DNA of 64,000 bases from the human T2T-CHM13v2.0 reference genome, Homo sapiens (GCF_009914755.1 NC_060929.1); one strand, 5' to 3'. Shown: positions 17,210 to 31,939, counted from the stretch's first letter. The notes: a model not told the origin generated them from the letters alone. Program-made: numbers and translations.

Positions 17210-17780
17210 TTGCACACTTACTATGAGTCAACCATGGTACTGGGTATTAAGAATATCGTCTAATTTAACTGTCTCAAATCTTGAGAAGGGTGTTTATACA
17301 CCTTTTACAGAAAAGTGGTTGAAGCTGAAATATGTTCAGCGTATGCTAATTGGTAATAAACAACTTTTTGAACTCCACTGATGCTTGAATTTTCACTCTG
17401 CTGGAAGTTGTCAGGTCCAAATTTTAAAGCAGACCTGTCAGCTTCAAACCATGAGCTTCTGCTGTTGTACTGTTCTGCAGAAAAGTAATATGACTTCAGT
17501 TCCTCTGGCATTAGTGTGTAGCAAGATCAGAGTGTGAGAGATCAGAAGAAGGAGCACTCTGGTGATGATGATAATATGTACCATTTATGGTGCACACAGA
17601 TGTCCCAGTTGCTACCTCTAGCATCTCTCATTTTTTCAATAATGTGCAAGCTCAGTAACATACATTTTTAAGAAGTGAGAATTAGAGATGTCAAGAATGT
17701 AAAACTATCAAGGGCGAAGGTTGAAATTCAAAATAGGACTGAGGCTTCAAAGCCCATAGGGTTCAAATCTCACTACAACA
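17210..17780 (-). mobile_element. Two MIR fragments (~17210-17390, ~17575-17780)
   Basis: Antisense MIR motifs (CACTTACTATG..., CCTTTTACAGAAAAG...). Confidence 0.5.
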
Positions 17781-19054
17781 TCCTAGGGCACTGTTCAAGT
17801 GAGATGTCACAAGACCAGGTGCATAGTGGAAATGGCGGGGATCAAAACAATTGTCTTACCCAGATGGATGTTCCAGGATCACCTTTACTTGCCATAATGC
17901 TCCTTGGACATACCAGTAAAACTTCTCTTCCTCCCTCTTTGCTCCCTTTACAGTACAGAAAAAAGTACTAGATGCCAGCAAGATGATAATTATTTTCTGA
18001 GAATGTGAGGAAAGGGAGAAGGCTGAATGTCAGTGGAAATCACGTTCTGGTTACTAACAGAGGAATTTGATTCTGGCCGTCTTAATACAAAATGGGATTT
18101 ACTAGAATCCTCTCATGTGCTTGGAGGAAAAACTGAAAGTCCGTGCTTGAGAACTGAACAGGCATCAAGGGGGGCTGGACAGTGGTGAGCAGACCAAAGT
18201 GCATGCCATGGGAAGATTTTGGTCAGCACAACATCATCATTACCCCCAGGAATAATACAGTCACCATCTGGCTCCATCATCTGAAGTCACTTGCTCAGGA
18301 TATAAAGTCCCAAGAGAGAGAATTTGGTTTGCTATGCTTGAGTTAATTTCTTCAAACAGGCTCATAGAAACAACTTTATAACCCAGCATCCCTTCCATAG
18401 ATGTAGAGTTTTCACCAGTGACTCTGGGAAGGAAGATTGTAGCATAAGTTCCTTGGAACTCTGACCAGACGGGAATCAACATATTGTGATGTCATAATGT
18501 AAACATATTCATCTAGGAACTTAGCTGGTATGCAGTGCAAAAGAGGGCTATGCACGTATCAAGTTATTTCATTTTCTTTGACTTCTGTAGGGGCATTCCT
18601 CTGGCTCGACTTCCTAATGGAGTGCTATTTAAATCACTGCGACTGGATGACTGTTAATAGTGCTGCACGGGAAGGAACTGGAGACTAATATTTTATTCTA
18701 GGGTTAATTTAAAACCATCTGAAAACTGACTTCCTCATAATGAATCAGACTTAGCTGGGAGCATGATAAATTTAATTATAATGGACTTCCTGTGGGTATT
18801 GCCAGTCATTTACATATTCATTGAGTCCCATGAAGTAGTTTTTCTTACCATTTTGAGTGTTAAAACCAAGGAAAGGCTAAAGCACAGAAAGGAGAAATAA
18901 CAAATTTGTCTATAATTAAATGTGAACAGGTCTCTTGAGCAGGTCTTCTATTTACATAAACTTCCTGGACTTAGTTCAGTGGGTGCTTCTCTTTATGAAC
19001 GTACATTGTTACTAAATTATAAACAACCTGATTCTCTCTTCTGTGAAACGTTTG

Positions 19055-19480
19055 TGGTATTTTCAGTTGCATGAAGCCAAGCCTAACTGTGTTGAGTAGT
19101 AAGAAAGCCCAGAGTTCAGGCTCTGGAGGCCCAAGGTGTTGCTGGCCTTGCTGAAGGGTCCCATTGCTTAGTGGAGTAGTGAAGGACCCAGGTTTCCTGC
19201 CTCCCCTCTAGGCTTTCTGGTCTACAATCGAGGTCTTCCCAGGGCTGCTTCCCTGAGGATGGGGGCTGCTAAGATGCAGGGGATTCCTCATTCATACCTG
19301 GGCATGAAGATGACTGTTCCTGGGCACTCTCTTGGGAGAATGAGGAGAAATTTCATCTGCAGCCAGTGGTGAATCTCTTTATATCCCGTTGGCCTAAACT
19401 GTCATCTCCACTCTGCAGCCAGTTATAAACAACAGGGATGAGCTAAATCTGATTTGTTCAGATGACTAGGGGCCATACCT
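19055..19480 (-). mobile_element. Old MLT1-type LTR, diverged
   Basis: TTTCAGTTGCA...AACT start and GTTGGCCTAAACTGTCA...CCAGT motif. Confidence 0.4.
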
Positions 19481-19708
19481 GAAATTAGGAATTTTATTGA
19501 GTTAATACTTAAATAAAATTTTGAAGCATATTGGTGTCTGGAGCATACCAACTGAGCAAATGGAACTAGGAAGGAAGGAAAGAAAGTGGAATCAGCTGCT
19601 GATAAATTACTTAGGATGCTTGGGGAGCATTATGTCCAATAAAATCAGGATCTGTTAAGGAAGAAAAATAGAGAAAAAGATGCAAAGATGCTGGTAGATA
19701 AAAATTAA

Positions 19709-19888
19709 ATATATATACATATATATGTGTATATATACACGTATATATTTACATATATACATATATGTAAATATATACGTGTATATATGTATATATGTGT
19801 GTATATATATGTGTGTGTATATATGTGTTTATATATGTATATATATATATACACACACATATATATACACACACACACACACATATAT
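19709..19888. repeat. Compound (TA)n/(TG)n/(CA)n microsatellite
   Basis: Directly visible alternating purine-pyrimidine tract. Confidence 0.95.
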
Positions 19889-20269
19889 TCCTATGTGTGG
19901 GTGAAAGTGTGTTAATAAGAAACAAACACCAGGTACTCCTTATTTACTTATTTTTTGGTGATTTGGGAGCTTATCCAGGAAAGAATAGAGCATCACTACC
20001 CTCAACTCCTATCTGATAATGAAAGGTCTTCATTTTATTTTAAAAAGTCTGAACTTCTTGTATGGACTTTCATAACGATGAGGATGGGGTAGTAGCTTTT
20101 TGCAATAGTTCCGTTGAGGATGATGATTCTTTATGTTTTTCAGAACTGAGATTAGTGATTTGAGCTGCGGCAGCAGGGTTAACTGGAGAAAGTGGGAGGA
20201 GGGTGGTGGATCTGACAGGGCAGAAACCTGTATCATTTAGGAAATAAGAGACTGTTGAGATTTTCTATT

Positions 20270-21240
20270 TTTGCTTGTGTCACCTTAATACAGAAATGTA
20301 TTGAGACATTTCTCCATTTCATCTAAATTGTCAAAGGTATTGACATAAAATTGTTCACAATATTCCCTTATTATTAATATTTGTAGAATGTGTAAGGATG
20401 TCCTGTCTCTCATCCTTGATGTTAGTAATTTGCATCTTCTCCTATTTTCTTAATCATTCTAACTAAAGGCTTATGAATTTCATTGATTGTTTCAAAGAAT
20501 TAGCTTTGGCTTCCTTGATTTTTCTCTTATTTGTCTATTTTATATTTGATTAATCATGTTTATTTCTGTTTTATCGTACTTCCTACATTATTTTCAGTTA
20601 ATTTACTTTTTCCTTCTAGGTTTTTGTAGTAGATAATTAGTTTCATATCTTTTCCATTTCTTTTTTTTTTTTGAGATGGAGTCTCAATCTGTTGCCCAGG
20701 CTGGAGTGCAGTGGCATGATCTTGGCTCACTGCAGCTTCTGCCTCCCGGGTTCAAGCGATTCTACCCTCAGCCTCCTGAGTAGCTGGGACTACAGGCGCA
20801 CACCACCACGCCTGGCTAGTTTTTGTATTTTTAGTAGAGATGGGGTTTCGCCATGTTAGTCAGGCTGGTCTTGAACTCCTGAACTCAGGTGATCTGCCCA
20901 CCTCGGCCTCCCAAAGTGCTGGGATTATAGGCATGAGCTAGCACTTCCGGCCTCCATTTCTTATGTAAGCTTCCAGTACCATAAAGATTCTTGCAAGCAT
21001 TGATTTAACTGTATCCAACAAATGTTGGCATGTTTTCACTTTCATTTCATCCAAAATATTCCAATGTCCTTTGTGCTTTCTTTCTTAATCCATAGGTAAT
21101 TTTAAACTGTATTGTTTAATTTCAAAATATTTCCAAATATTTGGGATATTTTTTAGATATCAGTCTTATTTCTAATTTAATTTTGTTGTTATTAGATAAT
21201 ATAGTCTGTAGGACTTCAACACTTTTAAAAGTTTTGAAGC
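20270..21240 (-). mobile_element. Old L1M ORF2 fragment
   Basis: T-rich antisense L1 (TCCATTTCATCTAAATTGTCAAA...TTTCAAAGAATTAGCTTT). Confidence 0.75.
20661..20952 (-). mobile_element. AluS (Sx/Sz-like)
   Basis: Full antisense dimer; TSD TCCATTTCTT. Confidence 0.92.
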
Positions 21241-21579
21241 TGGCTAATAGCATTCTGTGACTTGCACAGGAAAGACAGGGCAAGAAAGGGCAAAAACAAA
21301 ATAATATGTATAAAATTAGGCCACGTCATAAAAGGCCATCTGTCTTATATATAACATTTGGGATGTATCCTATGTCAGGAGGAGATTTTAAACAGAGAGT
21401 AACATGATAAATATATAATAATTTTAAAATTAAACAAAAAAATTAAAATTCACATAAAAAGAACATTTGTAGTAGACGTTTGCAAAAATTTGGGAACAAG
21501 GTTGTTTGAAAATTTGTAACACCAATTATAGTAAATTACTGATAAAAATTATGTATGATAGTTTGAAGATATAAATAAA

Positions 21580-22462
21580 ATGTTTTTATCAAGAAATGAT
21601 GTTGAACTTTGTCAAATGCTTTTTCTGCATCAATTGAGATTATCGTGTAGTTTTTATTATTCATTTTGTTAACGTGATGTATTGTATTTATTGATTTCCA
21701 TATGTTGAATCAGCCTTGCATCCCAGAGACAAATCCCACTTGGTCATGATGTATAATCTTTTGATGTGTTGTTGAGTTTGGTTTGCTAACATTTTATTGA
21801 GAAATTTTGCATCAATGTTCATCAGATATATTGGACTATAATTTTCTTTGCTTGGGATGTTTTTGGCTTAGGTATCTAAGTGATGTTGGCAGTATAAAGT
21901 GCTTTTGAAAGTATTTCCTGTAGCTCTATTTTTTGGAAGTAGGAGTATTGTTATTAATTATTCTTTGAATATTTGGTAGAATTTAGCATGAAGCCATCTG
22001 GTCTAGGGATTTTCTTTGTTGGGAAGTCTTTGATTATTTCTTTAGTCTCTTTATTTATTATTTATCATTTCAGGCTTCCTATTTCTTCCTGATTTTTTTG
22101 GTAAGTGATATTTTCCTAGGGATTTATTCATTTTCTCTAGGTTATTTAACTTGTTGGCATAGACTTGTTCATAACAGTCCCTTATAATCCTTTTTATTTT
22201 TGAGGCATCTGTTGCAATGTTTCCATTTCTATCTTATTATCTGAGTATTTTTTCTCTTTGTCTTAGTCTAGCTAAGGGTTTATCAGTTTTATTTATATTT
22301 TCAAAACATTAATTTTCCTATTGTTTTTTCTATTCACTAATGTATTTCTGTTCTGACCTTCATTATTTCCTTCTTTCTGCCAACTTTGTGTTTAGTTGTT
22401 CTTCTTTTTCTAGCTCTTTGAGGCGTACCATACTATTAGTTGTATTTATTTGGGATCTGTCT
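21580..22462 (-). mobile_element. L1M ORF2 fragment
   Basis: TTTGTCAAATGCTTTTTCTGCATCAATTGAGAT...GAAGCCATCTGGTC. Confidence 0.85.
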
Positions 22463-22464
22463 TT

Positions 22465-23835
22465 CAGGTATGCAGATATCATCAGAGAGAGATAAAACAA
22501 TATGAAATATCAAGAAAACTGACTAGGGCATGGTGGGGCATGCCTGTAATCTCAACAGTTTGGGAGGCCAAGGTGAGAAGATCACTTGATGCCGGGAGTT
22601 TGAGATCAGGCTGGGCAACATAGCAAGGCCCCATTTCTACAAAAATAAGTAAATAAATAAATAAGTATATATTTTTAAAAATACATTTTTAAACAAAGAA
22701 AATATGATATCACCAATGAAACAGAATTCTCTAGTAACCAACCCCCTAAAACAGAAACTTATAAATTGTCTGAAAAGGAATTCAAAATAATATGCTTAAG
22801 GGAAGTCAGTGAGACAAAAGAGAATACAGATATACAATTCAATGACATCAGAAAATCAATTCATGATGTTAATAAGAAATTTAACAAAGAGATAGGTACC
22901 ATAAAACAGAAATCCTGAAGCTAAAGAAATGAATTAATTATAAAAAAATTAATTAAATAAAAAATTAAACAAAAATACAACAGAAAGCTTCAACAGTAGC
23001 CTAGCTCAAGCAGAAGAATCTGTAAACTTGAAAACAGGTCCTTTGAAATTACTCAGTCATAGGGTACAAGAAAAGAAAACAAAAAGAATGAAAAAGAGTG
23101 AAGAAAGCCTAATGGACTTATGGAACACCATTAAGCATACACTTATTTGCAGTATGGGAGTTCTAGAAGGAGAAGAGACAGATAAAGGAACAGAAGACTT
23201 ATCTAATAAAACAATTGTTAAAAACTTTGCAAGTCTTGAGAGAGATATAAAATTCACATTCATAAAGCTCAAAGTTTCCCTAACAGATTTAATCACATTA
23301 TAATCAAGTTGTAAAAAGTCAAAGGCAAAGACAACATTTTAATAAATGCAAGAAAAACAAAAACATGTCACATATAAGTGAATTCTTATTAGATTATCAG
23401 TGGATTTCTCAGCAAACCTTGCAGGCCAGAGGAGAATTTAAGGATATATTCAAAGTGCTGAAAGGAAACACAAAAAACCTGACAGCCAAGAATGCTATAC
23501 TCGGCCACGTGTTTCTTCAGAAATGAGGGAGCAACATTGTCTTTCCCTAAAAAGCAAAAGCTGAGGGAATTCATCACCACTAGACCTGCTTTACATAAAA
23601 AGTTTAAGAGAGCTGTTCAAGTGAAAACAAAAAGATATCATAAGAACATAAAAAAATATGAAACTCACTGGTAGAGTTAAATATATAGTTAATTTTAGAA
23701 TACTGTAGTACTGTAATGGTGGTGTGTAAATCATTCATGCCTTTAGTATGGAGGCTAAAAATCAAAACATTAAAAAATAACCAAAGCTATGATATGTTGT
23801 TAAGGAACACATGATACAAAAAGATAGAAATTTTG
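22465..23835 (+). mobile_element. L1M ORF1 region, sense
   Basis: ORFs 23028-23303 (EESLMDLWNTIKH...GVLEGEE) and 23492-23674 (KQKLREFITTRPAL) resemble L1 ORF1p. Confidence 0.85.
22521..22665 (+). mobile_element. Alu left monomer (FLAM/AluJ)
   Basis: Single Alu arm with (TAAA)n tail. Confidence 0.8.
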
Positions 23836-25760
23836 ACTCCTTTGTTTTTGAAGGATTGCTCAGGGTACAAAATTGTAGCTTGATGAGTTTTTTTCAACAT
23901 TTTAAATATTTTACTACACTGTCTTATTGTTTGTATGGTTTCTGAGAAATTAAATTTAATTTTTACTTTTGCTTCTCTACATGTAACGTGATTTTTTTCT
24001 TCTAGGGTCTTTCAATTTTTTTTTCTCTATCTAATTGATATGATTTGGCTGTGTCCCCACCCAAATCTCATGTTGAATTGTGGTTCCCATAATCCCCATG
24101 TGTCATGGGAGGGACCAGTGGAAGGTAATTGAATCATGGGGACTGTTACCCTCATGCTGTTCTCGTGATAATGAGTTCTCACAAGATCTGATGTTTTTTT
24201 AAGGGGCCTTCCTCCTTTTGCTCAGCACTTCTCCTTTCTGCTGCCATGTGAAAACGGATGTGTTTGCTTCCCCTTTTGCTGTGATTATAAGTTTCCTGAG
24301 GCCTCCCAAGTCATGTCGAACTGTGAGTCAGTTAAAACTCTTTCCTTTATAAATTATCCAGTCTGAGGTATGTCTTTATTAGCAATATGAGAACGACGGA
24401 CTAAGACACTAATTTTTTCAGTTTGAATATGATGTACTTAGGTGTAGAGTTTTTTAATTTATTTATCCTGCTTGGTGTTTTTTGAGCTTCATGGATTGTG
24501 GCTTGGTCTCAGACATTAATTTGGAGGAAATTCTTAGGCATTACTGTATCAGCTATTTCTTCTATTCCTTTCTTTCTTCTCTTTCTAGAATTTTATTTTG
24601 GCCCACTTTATTCAGCTTTTTTTTCTCTTTGATTGTCAGTTTTGTAGGCTTTATTAACATATCACAAAGCAAAGAGATTATTTTCTTAGCTGTATCCAGT
24701 CTACCAGTGGGCACATGAAAGGATTTCTGTTACACTGTTTCTCATCTCTAGCATTTCTTTGTGGTTCTTTCTTAGTATTTTCATCTCTTTGCTTACATTA
24801 CCCTTCTGTTTTTGCTGTCTGCTTTACCCATTAGAAGACCTCAGAATATTAATCATAGTTGTTTTAAATTCATCATCTGACAATTCCACTGTTCATTTTA
24901 TATCTGGTTCTGGTTCTGATGCTTGTTCTGCCTCTTCAAACAGTGTTTTTCCCCCTCTCTTTCAGTATGCCTTGTAGTTTTTCATGTAAAAGCAGACATA
25001 ATAAACTGTGTAAATGGAACTGTGGCAAATAGGTTTTGAATAATGTAATGGTAAAGTATGGGGGAATCTTTTTATAGTTTCATCATTAGTTCCCGGTCTT
25101 TTAGTGAGCCTATGCCCCTTGGCTATGAACTTCAAAAGTGCTGTTCAGAGTTGTTTTTTTTTTTTTCTCCTTTAGAGGGTACAGGTTGGCTACAAGGAGG
25201 TAGAGTTGGGTATTTACCTTACCCTAGGCCAGTCAGTCTCTGATAAAACCACGATAGATAAGGCTGTGCCTACAATAGTTTCTTTTGAAGGCTGGCCTTG
25301 TTAAATAGAAAAGAATGCCCTGCACCATGGCACAATGGTTCCTTGGCTTTCTCCCCTGCCTGTAACAGGAGGGGGTTTTTCTCTGATTTTCGTGGTGAGA
25401 ACCATGGCAGAGGTCTTGGAAATAAAACTCATAAAAATGTGGGAGGCCCCTCTGACTGTTTCCTCGTCTCAGCCTTGCTCATTCTGAATCTCCAGCAATT
25501 TGTCAATTATAGTTTGGGTATTTCTAAGCCAGTGCTAGCTCCTGTAGAGGTTTCTGTTCATGAGCTTCTGATATGGAAAGTTTTGATTCTCTGTATTCAT
25601 CTTTCTGTCTCTACAATATTAGGGGCAACACTTGCCCTGTTACCTCACTTCTAAGATGGATCTAAGAAAAGTTGGTGATTTTTCCATTTGTTTAGGTTTT
25701 TACCTGTTGGAATGGGGTAATGACCTGTGAGCTGCCTACTTGCCAATCCAGGACTTATTT
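23836..25760 (-). mobile_element. L1MD/L1M4-type ORF1-5' region
   Basis: Antisense L1 ORF1 motifs; homologous to 42573-42910 and 45470-46380. Confidence 0.7.
24036..24408 (+). mobile_element. THE1C-like solo LTR
   Basis: TGATATG...CTAAGACA; perfect 5-bp TSD CTAAT at 24031-24035 and 24409-24413. Confidence 0.92.
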
Positions 25761-25769
25761 ATTGTTCTT

Positions 25770-27890
25770 TACTGCTTATTTTCTATTTTGTTCTGCTCTC
25801 ATATTTACAATTTTCTTCTTTCTACTTACTTCACATTGTACTTGTTCTTCTTTTAGATTCTTAAAATATAAACTTAGGTCAGTGATTTAAATCTTTTATT
25901 TTTATTCATATAAGGAGATAAAAATATTATTTTCTTCTAAGTTCTGCTCCAGCTGCATTCCATACAGTTAATATGTATTAATTTATTTTTCATTTATTAA
26001 AACATTTCTAATGTTCCTTGTGATTTATTGTTTGACCCACGTATAATTTGGAATTCTGTTCTTCAATTAGCAAATATTTGGGAAATTTTTCAGATAGTTT
26101 TGGTGAATCCTAATTTAGGTGGTGTTTGGTCACAGAGCATATACTATGTAATTTCAATCTTTCAAATTTATTAAAAACGATGTTATAGTTACTCTTGCAC
26201 TTAAATGCATATTCTGTTCTTTTGGGGTAAAAGTGTTTCATAAGGGTCAGTTAGGTCACTTTAGTTGATAGTGTTACTGGGTTATTCAAATGTTTTCAAT
26301 CCTTATTGCTTTTATTGTTCTAATGTATAATGACACTTGAGATAAACTGTTAAAATCTACCACTACCATTGTAGACTTGTATCTTTTTACTTTTATTTGA
26401 CATAGTTTTTTCTTCATGTATGTGAAAGCTCTACAATAGATATACATCTATAAATATACAGCATTTAATCTTCTTGATTTATTAACTTTTATCATTACTT
26501 AAATATCTTTTATAGTTGTCTTGAAAATGTTATTCAATCTCAGTATATCTTTTGGATTTTGTTATAATTAGTATTTACAATGGTATATACATCTTTTTTT
26601 GGTATGCTTTCACTGTGTTTTTGTATAACACTTATCTCTTATACTCAAAATATTGTTTTAATACCTTGCTTTTTACAAAAATTCTGACGTACTATGTTTA
26701 TTTTAAACTGGACTTTTAACATAATTTTTATTTAATGTAATTTCTACTATTTTGGGGTTTAACCTCTTTCTTGCCATTTATTTTCTATGTACCCTATCTC
26801 TTTACTGTTTCTTTTTTTCACTTTTTTTTTACCTTTTTGGGGATCAAGTAATTAGCTTTTGGGTATTCCATTTTTATCTTCCCTCTTGGTTTATTAGCTA
26901 TAACTCTCTTCATTTTTTACTCTTTTTGGTATGACTGTCTTAGAGTTTTAATATACACTTTTGACTTATGGTGGTTACCTTTTAAATTGTATTATAATGC
27001 TTTGGCAGAGTGTAATGACCTTGCAAAACTGTACTTCAATTTCCTCCTTCCCATTCTATATGACTTTTGTCCTTCTACATATGCTTTAAACTCCAAAGTA
27101 TATTATCATTATTGTTGTTGCTTCTTTATTTTTATCTAAAATAATTTTTTATATTGTGATACTTGAAATCCCTAAAACCCCTAAAACTCTTTTCCGCTGT
27201 TTATGAGATTGAAACTATTTTCAGAATACCTTATTTACATTTTTACTTTCATGCTATCGTAGCATATATTTGCATTTTCAGAGGCTACATAACATATGGT
27301 ATTGTAACAGATTGAATGCAAAAATAGGAGAATCTAACTGTCCCCTCTTAAGTCAGACATTAAAGAAATTTGCAAAGATACACAGTGTCACTTTTTTGCT
27401 AGTAATTTTTTTTGTTTTAAAAAGACAGTTATATGTATTTAAAAAGATTTTTAAAACATGTGTGGAATTCTTGTTATCTTTAATATATATATTTCTCCGT
27501 TTTCATTTCTAATATGTTAAATGTATTAGCAGCTACAACTTATATATAAAAAAAAGCTCTTTGTGAACCTCTGTGGATTCCAAAAGGTTTCTACGAGTTA
27601 AAGGTATCTTAAGATTAAAAAGTTTAAGAATAGATTATTGAGCTTTAAAATAAATGTTTCAAATTCTGATACATTTACTTATGTGACTACTATTTCTATG
27701 GTTCTATCTTCCTTCATATAGATGCGAATTTCCATAAAGTGTTATTATCCTTCAACCTGAAGAAATTTCTTTAACTTTTTTGATACAGGTTGCTGGCAAT
27801 GCATTGCTTTTGCTTTTGCTGTCTAAAATGTCCTTTTTTTATCTTCATGTGAAAAAAAGCTGTACGAATAATTCTAGGTTGAAAATTGAT
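25770..27890 (-). mobile_element. Old L1M(C/E) fragments, interrupted by Charlie1b
   Basis: Highly diverged T-rich antisense L1. Confidence 0.55.
27150..27632 (+). mobile_element. Charlie1b-like non-autonomous hAT DNA transposon
   Basis: CAGAGGCTACATAAC...AACAGATTGAATGCA...AAGTCAGACATTAAAGAAATTTGCAAA; ends AAAAGTTTAAGAA. Confidence 0.75.
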
Positions 27891-28939
27891 TACAGAAATT
27901 TGTGGTGAACATTATAATGCTTACCCCTTGCCCTACCAGTGCCCATTTAGAAAAACTAGTTACCCCAACTTCTGAAAATGGATATTTGGGAAGGTCAAAG
28001 TCAGCTGTGTATTTAAAAAATTAAAGAAGTTGAAATGAGTGTGACAAAGAACACTACACATGTTTTTAATTTAATGTGATAAGCCTGCCCCGCTTTTTCT
28101 AATCAACTCATGCCCTATCTGCAGAAATTAAAATATTTCAAATTGTGTTCTCCTATAAAATTTGTATTATTGACCTGACCTCAGTCTTTAAGATTTTCAT
28201 TTTCAGACACCTACAGCTGTCAACACCTGACTTCTAGAATTTTTCTTGAAATTTACAATTCTAACTCATGTTAACAGTATGTGCATTTTTGAGAAAAAGC
28301 TACAATGAAGTAATTGGATAACTTTTAACATTTTTTTCCCTTTATTTATACTGCTAACAGTGACATCAATAAGACTTACTTTACAATTTTGTAGTATGCA
28401 ATGTCACAGAGAAATGATGTATTTTATGTCGTGTCTGAACACAGGTGTTTTCTTAGAAATTCTAAAGGAAACTAATCTTTCTCCCTTGATGCTAATGACT
28501 TTAGACATACTTTATCAACAAATTCAAACCCTAGACTTTACAAAGCCAATTGTTATAAGAGAAGTAGGATCTATCTAATATCATTGAATACTAAACAAAA
28601 CTATGAGAATGGCTAGTAAAGTGTGTCCATTGAAGTAAATATATGTTTAACAGAGTGATTGCAATATTCAGGAGCTCAAGGCTGCCCCCCTTTAAAGGAA
28701 GCAATACTTTAAAGGAGAGGTGGAAAACCATTATGAAGTGAAAAAATATTCCAACAGATTTCAGATGTATTTCAGCTGTTCTGGATTCCCTATTGATAAC
28801 TGTCCTATTGACATGAGTATTCCCAGGAGGGCTGTGGTAAAAACCAGTGTAGGTTTTATTTCCCATGCCCTTTGCTCTCTGCAAAGAGCCAGTCTACTAA
28901 AAACATGTACATCCCAGCTCCACCAGGTTTCTCACTACC

Positions 28940-29304
28940 TGTATTAGTCCGTTCGTGTGGCTATAATAAAATGCCCTAGACTGGGTAATTTACAAAAAAT
29001 AGAAATTTATTTTTAACTGTTCCAGAGGGGTTGGGAAGTCCAAGATAAAGGCACTGGCAGATTTGATGTCTGGTGAAGACCCATTCCTCATAGATGGTGC
29101 TGTCTAGGTCTTCTCACATGGCAAAAAAGATAGAAGGGATAAATAGCTCCTTTGTACCTCTTTTATAAGGTCACTAATCCCACTCCCTTGGGCTCCACCC
29201 TCATGACTTAATCACCTCCTAAAGGTCTCATCTGTTAATATTATTACATTGAAGATTAAGTTTTAACATAGGTTATATTAGGGGGACACATTCAGACCAC
29301 AGTA
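28940..29304 (-). mobile_element. MLT1A-like LTR
   Basis: TGTATTAGTCCG...CACTAATCCCACT...GGGGACACATTCAGACCACAGTA. Confidence 0.85.
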
Positions 29305-29349
29305 CCAACAAGGCACACGGCACCCTTCTCAAACCCCTGTCGTCAACCC

Positions 29350-29620
29350 CAATGTCTTCTCTCTGCCTCTATCCAGTTCTGCTTGTCCTTCAGGGCTCAG
29401 CCTAATGACCATAACTTCCATGAAATCATCTCATAGATTGCAGATGAAATCAGTGTTTTGCTTTCATTGTGCAATAAAAGGAGAATATTGCTTTTTCTTT
29501 ACCTTAACACCCCCTGGGTTGGTTGTTTACTTCTCTGTGTCCCTCCTGAGTTTGCATAGGGATTACTGTCAGACACCACTAGCACATAGTGATGCTAGAA
29601 CATGGGATTTACTGGGGAAG
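29350..29620 (+). mobile_element. L2 3' fragment
   Basis: TCCTTCAGGGCTCAGC...CTAGCACATAG. Confidence 0.45.
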
Positions 29621-31038
29621 ACCGTAGGAGCTGAAAACTAATACAGCACATCTATGGGCTCTCACCATCCCACCTCTTAGTCCTCATACCCTGTGGTGGC
29701 CAGCCTGCCAGTACACAACACCTCCATCCCTTTGTTACTCTTCAAATATATAGGGTCGAAAACAGGGAACACTTGTTTGACTATTACTTGTAGACAATGC
29801 CTAGTTTGAGAAGTGGCTTTTTCAGGAAGGGTGAACAGTGTCTGATAGCCTGTTCTTTTGTTGAGAAATTTCTTACATGCTGAACTCTGCTAAGCTATCA
29901 AAAGAGAGAAGGAATTTGCTTTTAATGGCAAACTATAAGTAATTTGTTTTTAATGGTAAACTGTTTTGTTTCTTAGTAGTAAGCTATAAGTAAGAGCCAT
30001 GCCTTGCTGATTTTTCTATCCTAAGTCCTAGCACGTAGAAGGTCTGGATAAGCATCAAGACCCAACATATTTTCAACATGTGGCTTGTATGGACAGAAGA
30101 ACGACATACCAAAATGAAGACATGTCTGGGCATCTGTAACAAATGTGTGAAATAGCCTTGACCAGACTTTTCTGCAGACGTTCCACTTGGGTTTTCGCCA
30201 AGATATTAATGATTGAACAACAACCCGATAGTGGTTATGTCAGACTTCCACTAAAGGATTGAGACTCTACATCCAGCTGTCCTTGTGCAAGAAACTGTAT
30301 TTGAACTTCAGCCTTCAAGATCCTACCAATATCTCCTAATTGTGTTCATGTTTCCTATCTTGTTCACTATTGCTTTAAACTTTACATCCTCAGTGACTAT
30401 TACTTTTGCTCCTAAATCTTTCTCAAGAATATCAAAGAGTGTTTTTCCATCTATTTTATCATGTAATTCTTCAATACAAGTACACACTGTTAAGAATAAT
30501 AAAAAAAAGAAAGATGCAGTTCCAGCTATCAGGCAAGTTAGGGCTCTGATTTGGCTCTGGCAGATAAGAATATTTCAGTATCTTCAGCACAAGAAAGAGA
30601 ACAAAGGAGGGTATGTTTGCTGCTGTCACTGCTGTGATTCTAAAGTTCAGCCAAAGACTTATTAGCGTTTCAATATCCTGCTTTATAACGCATGAACCAG
30701 AGGCAAAAATATAAGAAATCATACCAGAAATGACAAGAACACTAGGTAGAGCTTTGATCGAAAGACTTATCTAGACACAGGACACTTGTGATTTTGATTC
30801 AAGTCAGGCCAGGATGACAGTAGCCAGGAGACATGCTTAGGGAGGCTTTGATTCTCCATTTACAAAAAGTTAAAGTTTCTTCCCAGTTAGATTCCTACAA
30901 TTTCAGAAACTGTTCAGAAACTATTTAGAAACAGTGTCTCACTTTTTTCTCTTAGATTATTTCTGTCTCTTTGGTGGATATGTTATATCTCTTGGCTTAA
31001 ATTTAGAGTCTTAGATAGATCTCTCTGTTACGTGATAA

Positions 31039-31360
<322 letters not shown>

Positions 31361-31939
31361 GATAATTATTTTTATTAGTCATGTATTTCCATTAGCAAAA
31401 TGCTGTGCTAAATAATCTTGATATTTTAATTCTTCACGTAATTTTTTGCATATTTTCTCATTGAATGTCATCTAACTCATTCATTGCCATAAGCATTGGC
31501 TAATAACAAATCTCAAGAATAGAACGCTAAACCTAATAAAATAATCCCAAAGGTGAAAATTGACTTTATTATATTTCTGTGAACCTTCTCCTCCTGGCAG
31601 TCTCTCCTTGAAGTCTGATTCACTGACCACTGAGTTGCAAAATTAGCTCTCACTACAGCTTTGTCTGCTGTCATTTTAGAGACATATTTCCAAAATAAGG
31701 TAATATTGTCAGTTCTCAGACTCAGAGTCAGAAAATTTAGGAACACACTGAAATCTGTAAATCTCAGGGACCAAGTGAAGTCATAAATACATTTTTATAG
31801 TTGCCACACATTAAAAACCTATTTAATTTTTAATAAATAAAATATTTACCCTCTCATAATCATAATTCTCATCATATATTATCCCAAATCCCTCTCAGTC
31901 AGCACTAAATATTTTCAGTTTCAGAAGTTGGGTTATAAG

